A stretch of DNA of 32,000 nucleotides from Candidatus Saccharimonas aalborgensis (GCF_000392435.1 NC_021219.1:780001-812000); one strand, 5' to 3'. Counted from the first letter of the stretch, positions 1-9,306 are shown. Notes: generated from the letters alone by a model not told the origin. A program made the numbers and translations.

Positions 1-660
1 TATGAGCGAATCAAGCAAGATCGCTGGGACTGGTATGTGAGTGACCTCGGTATCAATCCTGAGAAATTGCGCTGGCATCAGCATGAAAACCTGGTGTTTT
101 ATGCGTCGGATGCCTGGGATATCGAGTACAGCTACCCGAGTCTTGGCTTCGACGAGGTGGAGGGCATTCATGATCGGACTGACTATGACCTGTCGCAGCA
201 CATGAAATATAGCGGTGTCGACCTCAATTACATCGACCCAATGACACAAGAGAAGTACATTCCGTGGGTACTCGAGACCTCTATGGGAATGGGACGCATC
301 TTTATGGCCGTGATGAGTGATGCCTATACGGTGGAAACGATGGAAAATGGTGACACGCGAACTGTATTGAAACTAAAGCCAGAGCTTGCGCCCGTGCAGT
401 ATGCGGTGTTTCCGCTGCTCAAGAATAGGCCTGAGCTTGTCGCAAAAGCCCGTGAGGTCTATGAAGAGTTGAGCAAAAAATTTGTCTGTGAATGGGACGA
501 CAATGGCAACATCGGCAAACGCTATCGTCGCCAAGACGAAATCGGTACGCCCTACTGTGTGGTGATCGATTTCCAGACGTTAGAGGATGGGACGGTAACG
601 GTGCGGGATAGAGATACGACGGAACAGAAGAGGGTGAAGCCCGAGGAGACCGCCCGGTAA
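1..660 (+). CDS. glyQS: glycine--tRNA ligase (dimeric class II GlyQS type), C-terminal part; 5' end lies outside the window
   Basis: Frame 1 is open from nt 1. The translation ends with anticodon-binding-domain strings typical of GlyRS: LAPVQYAVFPLL, GKRYRRQDEIGTPYCVVIDFQTLEDGTVTVRDRDT. Confidence 0.9.
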   Translation, partial: YERIKQDRWDWYVSDLGINPEKLRWHQHENLVFYASDAWDIEYSYPSLGFDEVEGIHDRTDYDLSQHMKYSGVDLNYIDPMTQEKYIPWVLETSMGMGRIFMAVMSDAYTVETMENGDTRTVLKLKPELAPVQYAVFPLLKNRPELVAKAREVYEELSKKFVCEWDDNGNIGKRYRRQDEIGTPYCVVIDFQTLEDGTVTVRDRDTTEQKRVKPEETAR

Positions 661-1193
661 TGATAAGTAATTACGCTTACATCGATGGGCAGAACCTCAA
701 GATGGGAACCATTGACACTAACCCATCGTGGCAGATTGACCTGAGACGATTTCGTGTGTATTTGAGGGAAAAATACAATGTCGAAAAAGCGTTTTACTAC
801 ATGGGATATGTGATAGATGGCGCAAAATACGAAAAATTGTATGAAAACATCCAAGAAGCCGGTTTTATATTGGTGTTTCGTGAGCACAATAGTTCGATGC
901 TCGGCAAAAAGAAGGGAAACGTCGATACTGATATTGTCCTAAATGTTATGAAACGTACATATCTAAAAGAGCCGTTCGATAAAATTGTGCTTGTTTCGGG
1001 TGACGGTGACTACAAAGCACTTGTAGACTTCTTGATCGAGCAAAACAAATTCGAAAAAATTCTTTTCCCGAACAAAAAATTTGCCTCGTCCCTGTACAAG
1101 CAGCTTGAACCAAAGTATTTTGACTATCTAAATTACCCGTCCGTGCAACATAAAATTGAATATCAAAAAAGAAGGTCCTCCTTAGGTAATTAG
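660..1193 (+). CDS. NYN-domain (LabA-like, PIN-type) putative ribonuclease
   Basis: The ATG overlaps the glyQS stop (TAATG). Strings YIDGQNL, GNVDTDIVLNVM and LVSGDGDYKALVDFL match the acidic-residue pattern of NYN/LabA domains. Confidence 0.75.
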   Translation: MISNYAYIDGQNLKMGTIDTNPSWQIDLRRFRVYLREKYNVEKAFYYMGYVIDGAKYEKLYENIQEAGFILVFREHNSSMLGKKKGNVDTDIVLNVMKRTYLKEPFDKIVLVSGDGDYKALVDFLIEQNKFEKILFPNKKFASSLYKQLEPKYFDYLNYPSVQHKIEYQKRRSSLGN

Positions 1194-1265
1194 CCTTTCG
1201 GATCGCCTTCGTCTTGATGGATATATTGTACCAAAGTTTAATAATTTTTACAAGAGGTAACAAAG

Positions 1266-1661
1266 ATGTTTCGGTTTGACACAACCTCGCTCTCAATTAA
1301 TGCAAAACCCGAAAAAGTCTGGGAGTATGTGGCGAATATCAATAACTGGCCGCAGTTTAGTGATTTTGCAAGTAATATCGAGAAGATAAAAGATGGCGAG
1401 TGGGTATTTCACACATCACAGGGTGATGTACGAGTAATCGAGAAGTTTGATCGTGAACATCTACTACTCGATACTATATGCATTGTACCGAGCGGTGATG
1501 AACAATTTATCCCGTATCGCGTGGTGCCAAATGGCGAGGGCTGCGAACTAATCATGACAAATCAGCAAACTGCCGGCGTCAGCGATACAGAATACGCCGA
1601 GCAATTGACGTGGATGCGCGAGGAACTTGAAAACATTAAGAAAATTATGGAGGTGAGATGA
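1266..1661 (+). CDS. SRPBCC-superfamily (polyketide cyclase/START-like) small protein
   Basis: 131-aa ORF with an SD-like AAGAGGT upstream. The N-terminal INAKPEKVWEYVANINNWPQF resembles SRPBCC ligand-binding folds. Family level only. Confidence 0.55.
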   Translation: MFRFDTTSLSINAKPEKVWEYVANINNWPQFSDFASNIEKIKDGEWVFHTSQGDVRVIEKFDREHLLLDTICIVPSGDEQFIPYRVVPNGEGCELIMTNQQTAGVSDTEYAEQLTWMREELENIKKIMEVR

Positions 1662-2650
1662 GATTATCGATCAATTCACTTCGTGAACAAGTTACAAAGA
1701 TACTAGAAAAGAATTTGTCCCACGAACAGGCTGAAATTGTGGCAAAGTATTTTGTGTGGGCGGAGATGTCGGGAAACAAAACACAGGGAATCGTGAAACT
1801 TATGGGGGCGTCCTCGATACAAAATATTAGACCCCAGGGTGAGATCGAGATAGTAAAAGATACAAAATTGTCGCGAATTATTGATGCAAAAGACAATCCC
1901 GCGCCATTGAATGCTCAGATAGCTACCGACCTTGCCATACAAAAAGCCAGCGAGCACGGTTTTGCAATCGTCGGGGTAAAAAATACTTTTTCGAGCAATG
2001 GTGCGCAGGCATACTATGTCGAACAAATTGCCAAGCATGATCTCATCGGCATCATGTGTAGTCGTTCTCCCGCGTCTCAGGCTGCCTTTGGTGGGATCGA
2101 TCCGGTATTTGGTACTGATCCGATCGGTTTTGGTTTTCCGAGCCTAGGGGAACCACTTGTTTTTGATGCGGCTACGTCTACTATGACGTACTACGGGCTG
2201 GTGCTTGCGAAGGCACGCGGTGAAACAATTCCGGAACACATGGCAATTGACAAAGACGGCAAGTCTACAACTGATCCAGCCGCAGCGATGGATGGCGCAT
2301 TGCTATCATTTGATAGGAGCTATAAAGGTTCTGGGTTCGCAATGGTGGTCGAGGCGCTTGCGGGACCACTCCTTGGTGGTGCGTGGGTTGATAATATGAC
2401 ATTTAAGGAGGAGTGGGGGACTATAGTGATGGCGATTGACCCTGATCTGATGGTCGGTCGAGAGCAGTTCAAAGAAAACACTTCCGATATGATTGCAAAG
2501 ATAAAATCATCCCGTACCATAGGTGATTCCTCTATTCGTTTGCCAGGAGAGAGTGCCCAGCAGCAATATGAGGCAGCAAAAAACAGTGGTGAGGTTGAGA
2601 TTGATGATGCGGTAGCGAATGAAATAGGCATATTTGGAGATAAAAGTTAG
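1658..2650 (+). CDS. Ldh_2-family NAD(P)-dependent dehydrogenase (malate/L-lactate/sulfolactate type)
   Basis: ATGA overlap with the upstream gene. Strings FGTDPIGFGFP, TSTMTYYGLVLAKARGE and SYKGSGFAMVVEALAGPL are typical of this family. Confidence 0.8.
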   Translation: MRLSINSLREQVTKILEKNLSHEQAEIVAKYFVWAEMSGNKTQGIVKLMGASSIQNIRPQGEIEIVKDTKLSRIIDAKDNPAPLNAQIATDLAIQKASEHGFAIVGVKNTFSSNGAQAYYVEQIAKHDLIGIMCSRSPASQAAFGGIDPVFGTDPIGFGFPSLGEPLVFDAATSTMTYYGLVLAKARGETIPEHMAIDKDGKSTTDPAAAMDGALLSFDRSYKGSGFAMVVEALAGPLLGGAWVDNMTFKEEWGTIVMAIDPDLMVGREQFKENTSDMIAKIKSSRTIGDSSIRLPGESAQQQYEAAKNSGEVEIDDAVANEIGIFGDKS

Positions 2651-2653
2651 TTT

Positions 2654-2989
2654 ATGGCATACGATCTAACTCTCGAAGTACGCATCAACGATGAGATCGC
2701 CGGGTGGGATGTCGAAGTGACAAAACGTAAGATGTTCGGGGGCCTTGGGTATTTTGTGAATGGTAACATGGCGTTTGGGGTGAAGGGTGATGAGTTGATT
2801 GTCAAGCCAGCACCAGAGGAGGCCGAGACATTACTACACGAGCCTGGCATAAAACCATTTGAATTTGGCGGACGAGTCATGAAGACGTGGTGTCTCGCGG
2901 AGCCTGAGGTTCTCGACGAAGACAATTTGCCGCGGTTACTCAAGATGTGTCGGGAGTATGTACTGACATTGCCTCATAAACATCGTTAG
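2654..2989 (+). CDS. TfoX N-terminal-domain protein
   Basis: KMFGGLGYFVNGNMAFGVKGDELIVK is the characteristic TfoX_N core. The 111-aa protein is the single domain only. Confidence 0.7.
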   Translation: MAYDLTLEVRINDEIAGWDVEVTKRKMFGGLGYFVNGNMAFGVKGDELIVKPAPEEAETLLHEPGIKPFEFGGRVMKTWCLAEPEVLDEDNLPRLLKMCREYVLTLPHKHR

Positions 2990-3144
2990 TATCATAGATC
3001 TATGCGGTAGGGTGTGAGAAGTGATATGGAAAGAAAACGCAAGGAGGTATTATCCGCTGCCCAAAGAAGGCTCAGTGGAGCGAGTTGGGCATGATTTCTC
3101 AAACTACGTCGCGTTTTGGAACGGTATACAGGTCGTAGAATAAA

Positions 3145-4122
3145 TTATCGTGAGGTGAGCGACGCTATCCACTGCTCGTGGGCGAGGTTGCCGACGATAC
3201 GATTGCTGAGAGCGGTGATCGTAGGCGTGGTTGTTGCAGCATGATCTTGGTTGATTCGTCGTTCTAACAGGGGAATAGTATGCAACGATTCGACGACTTG
3301 TTTGATGCGAGCTTCGGCTTCACCGACAGAATGGCCGCTGCCGATGAGTTGCCCTGCACGGACATTTCGGCTAGTGCTCGCATGGGATGTTGCCATGAGG
3401 TCACCAATACCTGCGATGCCAGCAAACGAACGCGGGCTCGCTCCCATGGTAAGCGCGTAGTCGTATATCTCGGTAAAAAGTTGACCAGCAAATGCGCCGG
3501 CTTGATTGAGACTTCCTGTCGCGGCCAGGCAGGCATGAAATCCGAGGGTTACAGCGTTTTTTGTGATACCTGCCCATTCGATACCGGTCGGGTCATTGCT
3601 GCCAGTAGCACTCGTGTATTCACCATCCATCAGTAAAACGAGCTTGTCCGCGAGCGTATGGCTACTGGACGCAACAACGAAATGGGCACCGTGTTTTGGC
3701 ATTTCATCGGCAAGTGACGGGCCTGAGATGACGGCGCTACGAATACTACCAAAGCGGCGAGAAAGAAGTTCGTGAGGTGTCTCACCATCGGGTGCCGTGA
3801 GACCTTTACTGAGTGATACGTATCCTAGTGTCTCTTCGCTGTGATAGCTGGCGAGACGGCCGACTACCTCTGCGATATCTGCGCTAGGGAGGGCTAAGAA
3901 TACATATTCCCCGAGTGGGGCATCGCCAAGTCTCTGCGCCATGAGATAAGGAGATGATCGCGCGAGCATTTGACGGATACGTTCGAGACGTGTCTCCGAA
4001 CGAGTTACGAGCGCGGTACGAATTTCGCTACGGCTGATACTGTCAGCAATGGCGTGGCCAAACGTACCGGCACCGATAACGGTGACCTCGGCTCGCTGGC
4101 GATTTGTTCTAGGTCGTACCAT
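3145..4122 (-). CDS. gpsA: NAD(P)H-dependent glycerol-3-phosphate dehydrogenase
   Basis: Rossmann motif VIGAGTFG at the N-terminus. GIAGIGDLMATSHASTSRNVRAGQLIG matches the GpsA C-terminal catalytic region. Confidence 0.85.
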   Translation of the reverse strand: MVRPRTNRQRAEVTVIGAGTFGHAIADSISRSEIRTALVTRSETRLERIRQMLARSSPYLMAQRLGDAPLGEYVFLALPSADIAEVVGRLASYHSEETLGYVSLSKGLTAPDGETPHELLSRRFGSIRSAVISGPSLADEMPKHGAHFVVASSSHTLADKLVLLMDGEYTSATGSNDPTGIEWAGITKNAVTLGFHACLAATGSLNQAGAFAGQLFTEIYDYALTMGASPRSFAGIAGIGDLMATSHASTSRNVRAGQLIGSGHSVGEAEARIKQVVESLHTIPLLERRINQDHAATTTPTITALSNRIVGNLAHEQWIASLTSR

Positions 4123-4236
4123 GCGGATTACTATACGAAACGGGGATGCTAGCGGTCAATGGGTAGTGTGTTGCGAGTAATTTGTGTCATGGCCGTTGAA
4201 AGGGTAGTATAGGAAAGATAAGAGGAGGAACATACT

Positions 4237-4620
4237 ATGAAATACGAAGGAACTAAACTACCGAACTTTGAACCTCGCGACCAGGTAACTGAACTTGAGA
4301 CTACCGATACAGAGGTCGGTACGGGCGAGGAAGTGAGGCCCGGTGCCACGATCACCGCTCACTATACGGGAGCACTTGTCAAAAATGGTATTATTTTTCA
4401 GAGCTCACATGATTTTGGCAAAGCGATCACCTTTGGACTCGATCAGGTAATCGCCGGTTGGACTGAGGGGGTGCCAGGTATGAAAGTTGGGGGAACGAGA
4501 CGGCTCGTCATACCAGCAGTGAAAGCCTATGGGGAGCGAAGTCCCGCAAAAAATATTCCGGCAAATAGCGACCTAGTATTTGATATCGAGCTCATAGCAA
4601 TTCCAAGAAACGGTCAATAA
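4237..4620 (+). CDS. FKBP-type peptidyl-prolyl cis-trans isomerase
   Basis: Strong SD (GAGGAGG) upstream. HYTGALVKNGIIFQSS, FGLDQVIAGWTEGVPGMKVGGTRRLVIP and LVFDIELI are canonical FKBP strings. Confidence 0.9.
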   Translation: MKYEGTKLPNFEPRDQVTELETTDTEVGTGEEVRPGATITAHYTGALVKNGIIFQSSHDFGKAITFGLDQVIAGWTEGVPGMKVGGTRRLVIPAVKAYGERSPAKNIPANSDLVFDIELIAIPRNGQ

Positions 4621-5067
4621 TTATCGAAGGATGTGGCCATACAGCGCCTCAATCGCTTCGATAGGGCGAGGTGAGGTGCTGCGAATGAGTGCTTCAAGTT
4701 CTTGAAGCGATAGAGCGTTGTTGTACAAGCGACGATACACGATGGGCCGGCCCTCGCGCTCAGCACGCTGGATACCATGTTCCATACCTGAGCTAATACC
4801 AAGGTCAGTATAAACAGCGGTGTAGTCGGCTTTCCCGCCAATGACTAGCCCCGCTTCTATGCCAATCTCGCGCTCCAAGGCACTGGTGTCATCTGTCACT
4901 AGCGTATTGATGATATGACTGGCATAGGGTGCTTCACCTCTCTCAAACATGCTGTGACGCATCGCGTTCATAAGATAGACGACGCGCACTGCGATACCGT
5001 CCCTGGTCGATGCCATGAACGGGCTCTCTATTTGAACTTGTGGTCGCATCTGTCGTTCGGTCATCAT
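4621..5067 (-). CDS. hypothetical protein; weak resemblance to the nucleoside 2-deoxyribosyltransferase-like (DUF4406-type) fold
   Basis: 148-aa ORF lying 18 nt downstream of the preceding minus-strand gene. The pattern SPF..(helix)..G.APYASH..(acidic)..ER.IGIEAGL..ADY.AVY.D.GISSGMEHGI..AEREGRPI recalls that fold. From memory only. Confidence 0.5.
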   Translation of the reverse strand: MMTERQMRPQVQIESPFMASTRDGIAVRVVYLMNAMRHSMFERGEAPYASHIINTLVTDDTSALEREIGIEAGLVIGGKADYTAVYTDLGISSGMEHGIQRAEREGRPIVYRRLYNNALSLQELEALIRSTSPRPIEAIEALYGHILR

Positions 5068-5085
5068 GACATCTCAAAAAAGTTT

Positions 5086-5598
5086 TTATAAATAGAACCC
5101 AGTACCATCATTACGGTGGGTGGGTGTGGTTTGTTGGTCGCGAAGGGCAGTGGAAGTTTTTGGATCAAACTGCACTCCCATCGACTCTTGTAGTGCCTCG
5201 AGAAAAGCGCGACACTCTGCTGCATGTTTTTCTGTAAGCTCAGGGTCACTCGAGATGTTTACCATCAACATGACGCGACCACCAAAGTGGCGCATTATTT
5301 TTGACATAAACTCTGAGGTCGAGCGTCGCAGTGCTTCAGGTCCTGTCTCTTGACACTGTAAGACTGCACGCTCAGGAGTAATTTCACCGCTGAACTTGAT
5401 AATTTCCTCGAGAGTAGGGATCACAAAGCTAGATTGATGGAGGGAGGTCGCATAGTCGGGATCGGAAATAGTTGTTACGCCAAACACAACATCGAGTTCT
5501 TGACTGGCAACGAGAAGTCCGCTCGGTCTTTCACGGAGTAACGAGTGTCTTGTGGAGACTTGTCCTGGGAGAGTCAGTGATTCGTGTAAATAAGGCAT
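5086..5598 (-). CDS. hypothetical protein (170 aa)
   Basis: The track ORF 5086..6006 is trimmed to the ATG at 5598 (MPYLHES...), which has a GGAGG upstream. The longer N-terminus would run antisense through the CYTH gene. No family recognised. Confidence 0.55.
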   Translation of the reverse strand: MPYLHESLTLPGQVSTRHSLLRERPSGLLVASQELDVVFGVTTISDPDYATSLHQSSFVIPTLEEIIKFSGEITPERAVLQCQETGPEALRRSTSEFMSKIMRHFGGRVMLMVNISSDPELTEKHAAECRAFLEALQESMGVQFDPKTSTALRDQQTTPTHRNDGTGFYL

Positions 5599-5688
5599 TT
5601 TTGTTGATATCCTCCGGCTCATTAGTAGGTGAAGTGTATAATAAAATAAACTATCGAGTTTCGTCAAGGAGCGTATAATACAAGGTAC

Positions 5689-6300
5689 ATGGATACAGAG
5701 ATAGAAGTTAAGTTCTTGAGAACAGATCATGCTGTCGTACGTCGCGCACTCACTGCTGTGGGCGCCGTTTGCGAGCAGCCAATGCGTTTGATGCGACGGG
5801 CGGTGTTTGCTACGACGCCGGAAATGCATAGTGAATCGGGCTATATCCGCGTTCGCGATGAGGGCGAGCGAGTAACGCTCACTTACAAGCAGTTCGATAA
5901 AGAGTTGACGCTTCATGGTGCACAAGAAATCGAAACAACAGTTGCTGATTATGATAAAACAGTAGCTATTCTCAAAGCGGCCGGCATCCGCTGTTTTTCG
6001 ACACAAGAGTCAAAGCGCGAAACCTGGAAATATAGAGGGACAGAAGTGGTACTCGATGAGTGGCCATGGCTCGAACCATATATCGAGATAGAGGGTGAGA
6101 GCGAGTTGGCACTCCGTGAGGTGGCAAGCGAGCTCGGGTTTGACTGGGAAAAGGATGCGGTATTTGGCGATGTCATGGCAGCGTATCGGGCGCAGTACCC
6201 CCATCTTTCAATGAATGATACGGTCGGGTCCCTGCCGATGGTGCGGTTTGGGGATGCGCTTCCAGAAATGTTTGAACAGAGAAAAGGATTAACAGAATGA
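5689..6300 (+). CDS. CYTH-domain protein (triphosphate tunnel metalloenzyme, CyaB/ThTPase-like), copy A
   Basis: N-terminal EIEVKF is the ExExK signature. Later acidic strands are present (EIETTV, LDEWPWLEPYIEIEGE). A TATAAT hexamer sits 9 nt upstream of the ATG. Confidence 0.8.
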   Translation: MDTEIEVKFLRTDHAVVRRALTAVGAVCEQPMRLMRRAVFATTPEMHSESGYIRVRDEGERVTLTYKQFDKELTLHGAQEIETTVADYDKTVAILKAAGIRCFSTQESKRETWKYRGTEVVLDEWPWLEPYIEIEGESELALREVASELGFDWEKDAVFGDVMAAYRAQYPHLSMNDTVGSLPMVRFGDALPEMFEQRKGLTE

Positions 6301-6905
6301 AGCCACGATTGATCGTCAAAAAGACACACACTTCTCACATCAATCGTTTGAGAGTGATGTTGCCAACAAAAGACAGCGATCCAGGTGAGGTGATTGTACT
6401 AGCGGAGCAAAAGCGCTTCGTCCGAGTAGAGACGACCCTGTGTTATAGCAATGAGCAGCGTGAAAAGGTGGCATTTGTCATCAGATTTCTGGCGTCCGAT
6501 AGCGGTCAGCACTCCTATGTTGTCGAGGAAACAAATGGGCGGGTGCTGGGCACGCTTGTCAAGTTGCCATCCATGCCGCTTCGTCCCCAGTCATGGCGAG
6601 TGCTTGATCAGAATGGTGCGGAATGCGCTGTCACGATCGAAAGTAGTTCGTTAGTTGGTGGTATGCGGAGACAGCTTGCCGATCGGCCAATCATCGGGCG
6701 AGCAAGTCTTGCCCTCAGTAAGCTTGCTAACTATCGCATTATTATTCTCGAACCAGTGAGTAGGAAGCAAACAGGTGTGTACGAACGCTTTGGTCCCCGT
6801 AAGTCGCTCTTTCGTCTCTCGATGAAGGATACTTCTTGGCAAGCAGTTGACTGGCGTGTCTATGCGGCGCTCTCAATTGCGCTCACTGCCCCGCAGACCT
6901 ACTAG
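6297..6905 (+). CDS. hypothetical protein; possibly YxjI/LURP-one-like (tubby C-terminal-like barrel)
   Basis: ATGA overlap with CYTH-A. Repeated beta-strand pattern (YVVEETNGRVLGTL, WRVLDQNGAECAVTIE) and a terminal hydrophobic helix (VDWRVYAALSIALTA) recall that fold. Low confidence on family. Confidence 0.5.
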   Translation: MKPRLIVKKTHTSHINRLRVMLPTKDSDPGEVIVLAEQKRFVRVETTLCYSNEQREKVAFVIRFLASDSGQHSYVVEETNGRVLGTLVKLPSMPLRPQSWRVLDQNGAECAVTIESSSLVGGMRRQLADRPIIGRASLALSKLANYRIIILEPVSRKQTGVYERFGPRKSLFRLSMKDTSWQAVDWRVYAALSIALTAPQTY

Positions 6906-6934
6906 CTTCGTTATAGAGAAAGGTGACCAAACCA

Positions 6935-7486
6935 ATGCGAGAAATTGAGATAAAAGTGCTGCTGAAAGATAAGGATCTAGCTATTGCTGCACTAAAAAAA
7001 GCAGATATTGCTCTTGGTGAACCAAAAAAGCAACACGATGTCGTGTACTGTTTGCCCGGGGACAGAGAGAGGGCGGGAGAGTCAGGGGTCAACTGGCTCA
7101 GAATACGTACACAGAATGATAGCGAGGTGTTTTTTACGCTGAAGCAATCTGTTTCGGGAAGTCTCGATAGTATTGAACACGAGACAACCATCGCGAGCGC
7201 CTCAGAGATGGATGCGAGTTTGCGGTTGATGGGATACGAAATCTTTAGTGATCTCACCAAATATCGTCAGACAGCGCATGTTGGTAAGATCGAACTTTGT
7301 CTTGATGAAGTACCACCTCTTGGTTCGTTCATTGAGCTTGAGAAGTTAGTTGATGGGCCAAGTGATGTAGTGGCGGTCGAACGAGAGTTGTTCGCTGTAC
7401 TTGATTCACTTGGCATCGAGTATGACGAGCGCATCACTATTGGGTACGATGAGTTGATGAATGACTATTTGGAGGCGGGGAAGTAG
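6935..7486 (+). CDS. CYTH-domain protein (CyaB-like), copy B
   Basis: MREIEIKVLL carries the ExExK signature. IELCLDEVPPLGSFIELE is the typical late acidic strand. The ATG at 6935 is preferred (SD AAAGGTG 8 nt upstream) over the track's GTG at 6923. Confidence 0.8.
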   Translation: MREIEIKVLLKDKDLAIAALKKADIALGEPKKQHDVVYCLPGDRERAGESGVNWLRIRTQNDSEVFFTLKQSVSGSLDSIEHETTIASASEMDASLRLMGYEIFSDLTKYRQTAHVGKIELCLDEVPPLGSFIELEKLVDGPSDVVAVERELFAVLDSLGIEYDERITIGYDELMNDYLEAGK

Positions 7487-7488
7487 TC

Positions 7489-8046
7489 GTGGGAAAGCTG
7501 TTGCAATTTCCTGTTTCCCCTGAGATGCGCCAGCGGTTAGCGCCACAAACTCTCGCCGAATTCGCTGGTAATGATAACGTGGAGAGAACTCTCCAGGTAA
7601 TGTTGGGTGGCAAGGCATTTTGGCTATCAACAAAAAGTGCATATGGTTTCGCAGAACCCGGAGATGTCGCCGCTGAGTGGGTGACAAGCGTGCTGCCGGG
7701 GAAGTTCATACCCGTTCGCTTTGCGGGGATGCGTGTTTTATCAGAAGCAACGCGACAAAACTGGTATACGGGTGAGGCTGAATCAGTCACCGTTCCTCGC
7801 GAAGCCGTTGCTGTATTCGCCACCAATCAAACAGAGCCACCACCATATGAGATCGATGCGAGAATGATTGAAACCGGTGCAATCTCGCGCTACCCCGAGC
7901 TTGGTATCGATACGTCGTGGGACGGTATTCGGCTGTATGACATCGATGATCCACCACAGATTCCACCCGAAGTTACCCATTCCATACAGGGAAGAGCCAA
8001 GCTTCGACTCATTAGAGGTGGACTTGGCTCTGAAGAGGAGCAGTAG
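7489..8046 (+). CDS. hypothetical protein (185 aa)
   Basis: GTG start 2 nt after the CYTH-B stop, with coding-like composition. No family recognised. Confidence 0.5.
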   Translation: MGKLLQFPVSPEMRQRLAPQTLAEFAGNDNVERTLQVMLGGKAFWLSTKSAYGFAEPGDVAAEWVTSVLPGKFIPVRFAGMRVLSEATRQNWYTGEAESVTVPREAVAVFATNQTEPPPYEIDARMIETGAISRYPELGIDTSWDGIRLYDIDDPPQIPPEVTHSIQGRAKLRLIRGGLGSEEEQ

Positions 8047-8108
8047 TATCGTTTTTTGTCAAAGATAGTATAATAAACGCATAAGATAATATGCGAGGTA
8101 CACAGACT

Positions 8109-8723
8109 ATGGCACAGACAAAAGTAAGGCGCGTCAGCACTGCTAAGAGTACAAGTGCGTCCGTAAGCGCATCGGTGACAAGCGCGCCAATAGTATCAAC
8201 CGGCCCGGCATGGGCTGTTTGGATTTTGTCACGCTTTCCAGGTGTTCGTTATCATTATCAGCCCTGGGGAAAGACCAAGCGAAGTGTGATTGCTGTACTA
8301 CTCTACTTGGTGGCCTTGCCGATCATTCCTGTCGTAATCGCTATCGTGTGGTACTCTAAAGACCCAGAAGGATTTAAGAAAAGCCCGCTCATGCCAGTGC
8401 TCGTAGCGGTGATCGCCGCATGGGTAGGAGGGTTTGGCTGGGTAGCAAATCAAACACCAATCACTGACGGTACGCCGATGGCAAGCGTCAAAGCCTCGGC
8501 AGATGGTGAGTCGAGTACGGTGAACGCTGATCCTGCGGCAACTGCCGATCAGGTCTCAAAAGACAAGATAGCAAACCAAACTACCAGCAATCCAACCAAC
8601 GGGCGTAAGTTTGAAAACTGTACTGCTGCATTTGAAGCAGGAGTATTCAATATTGCACGAAACAATGCCTCATATGAGCGTCGTCTCGATCGAGATAACG
8701 ACGGCATTGCGTGTGAAAAATAG
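8109..8723 (+). CDS. membrane protein with C-terminal Excalibur calcium-binding domain
   Basis: Three hydrophobic segments are present (e.g. VIAVLLYLVALPIIPVVIAIVW). The C-terminus FENCTAAFEAGVFNIARNNASYERRLDRDNDGIACEK carries the DxDxDGxxCE Excalibur motif. The ATG at 8109 has a GAGGT SD; the track start at 8091 is an alternative. Confidence 0.7.
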   Translation: MAQTKVRRVSTAKSTSASVSASVTSAPIVSTGPAWAVWILSRFPGVRYHYQPWGKTKRSVIAVLLYLVALPIIPVVIAIVWYSKDPEGFKKSPLMPVLVAVIAAWVGGFGWVANQTPITDGTPMASVKASADGESSTVNADPAATADQVSKDKIANQTTSNPTNGRKFENCTAAFEAGVFNIARNNASYERRLDRDNDGIACEK

Positions 8724-8736
8724 GTGAGCGTTTACC

Positions 8737-9306
8737 ATGGGGTGGTTTAGCTCATTACTATTTGGAGATGCCGGAAGGGCCGCACCACCTTCTAATTCAG
8801 TATTACCAAAAAAAGTCGATCAGTGGGGCCAAACGTCTATCCATTCTTCCCAGTATGAAATTACTGAAGAACAGGCGAGCGTTGTCGAGCCGAGAATCGA
8901 CTCGGTGGAAGCTACTAGGACGACACCCTCGTATCAGCAAAAGATCGTTCCAGAGCTCGAGGTGACTCGGCTGGAGCCGCATTTGGATAGCGCGGAGACA
9001 CATCTCGAACTATGGGCGCATTTGCGCAATCACTCAGAGGCTGAAATAGAAGTAAGACAAGTTGAGTTGCTTAAGCAGCGAATTGATGAGCGACGATTTC
9101 TCAAGCCAGAAGAAGAGCATGAGGTGAAGGTATATGCGGGCGGTATTCCAAAGAACGACGCCGAACATTATGCGCTTATTCGCTATCGCGTGGTAGAAAC
9201 CGATGATTATTTCGAGGCAAAATATCTCATTAAGTACCATATCGAGTCTGACGACCATTTTGTACCGGAAGCACTCGAATTGATTCGACCAGTTCGGGAT
9301 ATATAA
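8737..9306 (+). CDS. hypothetical protein (189 aa)
   Basis: ORF 13 nt downstream of the Excalibur gene with coding-like composition. No family recognised. Confidence 0.5.
   Translation: MGWFSSLLFGDAGRAAPPSNSVLPKKVDQWGQTSIHSSQYEITEEQASVVEPRIDSVEATRTTPSYQQKIVPELEVTRLEPHLDSAETHLELWAHLRNHSEAEIEVRQVELLKQRIDERRFLKPEEEHEVKVYAGGIPKNDAEHYALIRYRVVETDDYFEAKYLIKYHIESDDHFVPEALELIRPVRDI

Noticed and set aside
3026-3094. 22-aa micro-ORF between the TfoX-N gene and gpsA
   Set aside because: It has no convincing SD or promoter and lies in a convergent intergenic region, so it is probably a chance ORF.
5086-6006. 306-aa minus-strand ORF from the track
   Set aside because: Its N-terminal ~135 codons run antisense through the well-supported CYTH-A gene and look non-protein-like (Cys/Phe/Ile-rich, low complexity). 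An internal ATG at 5598 with a GGAGG upstream gives a sensible 170-aa gene.
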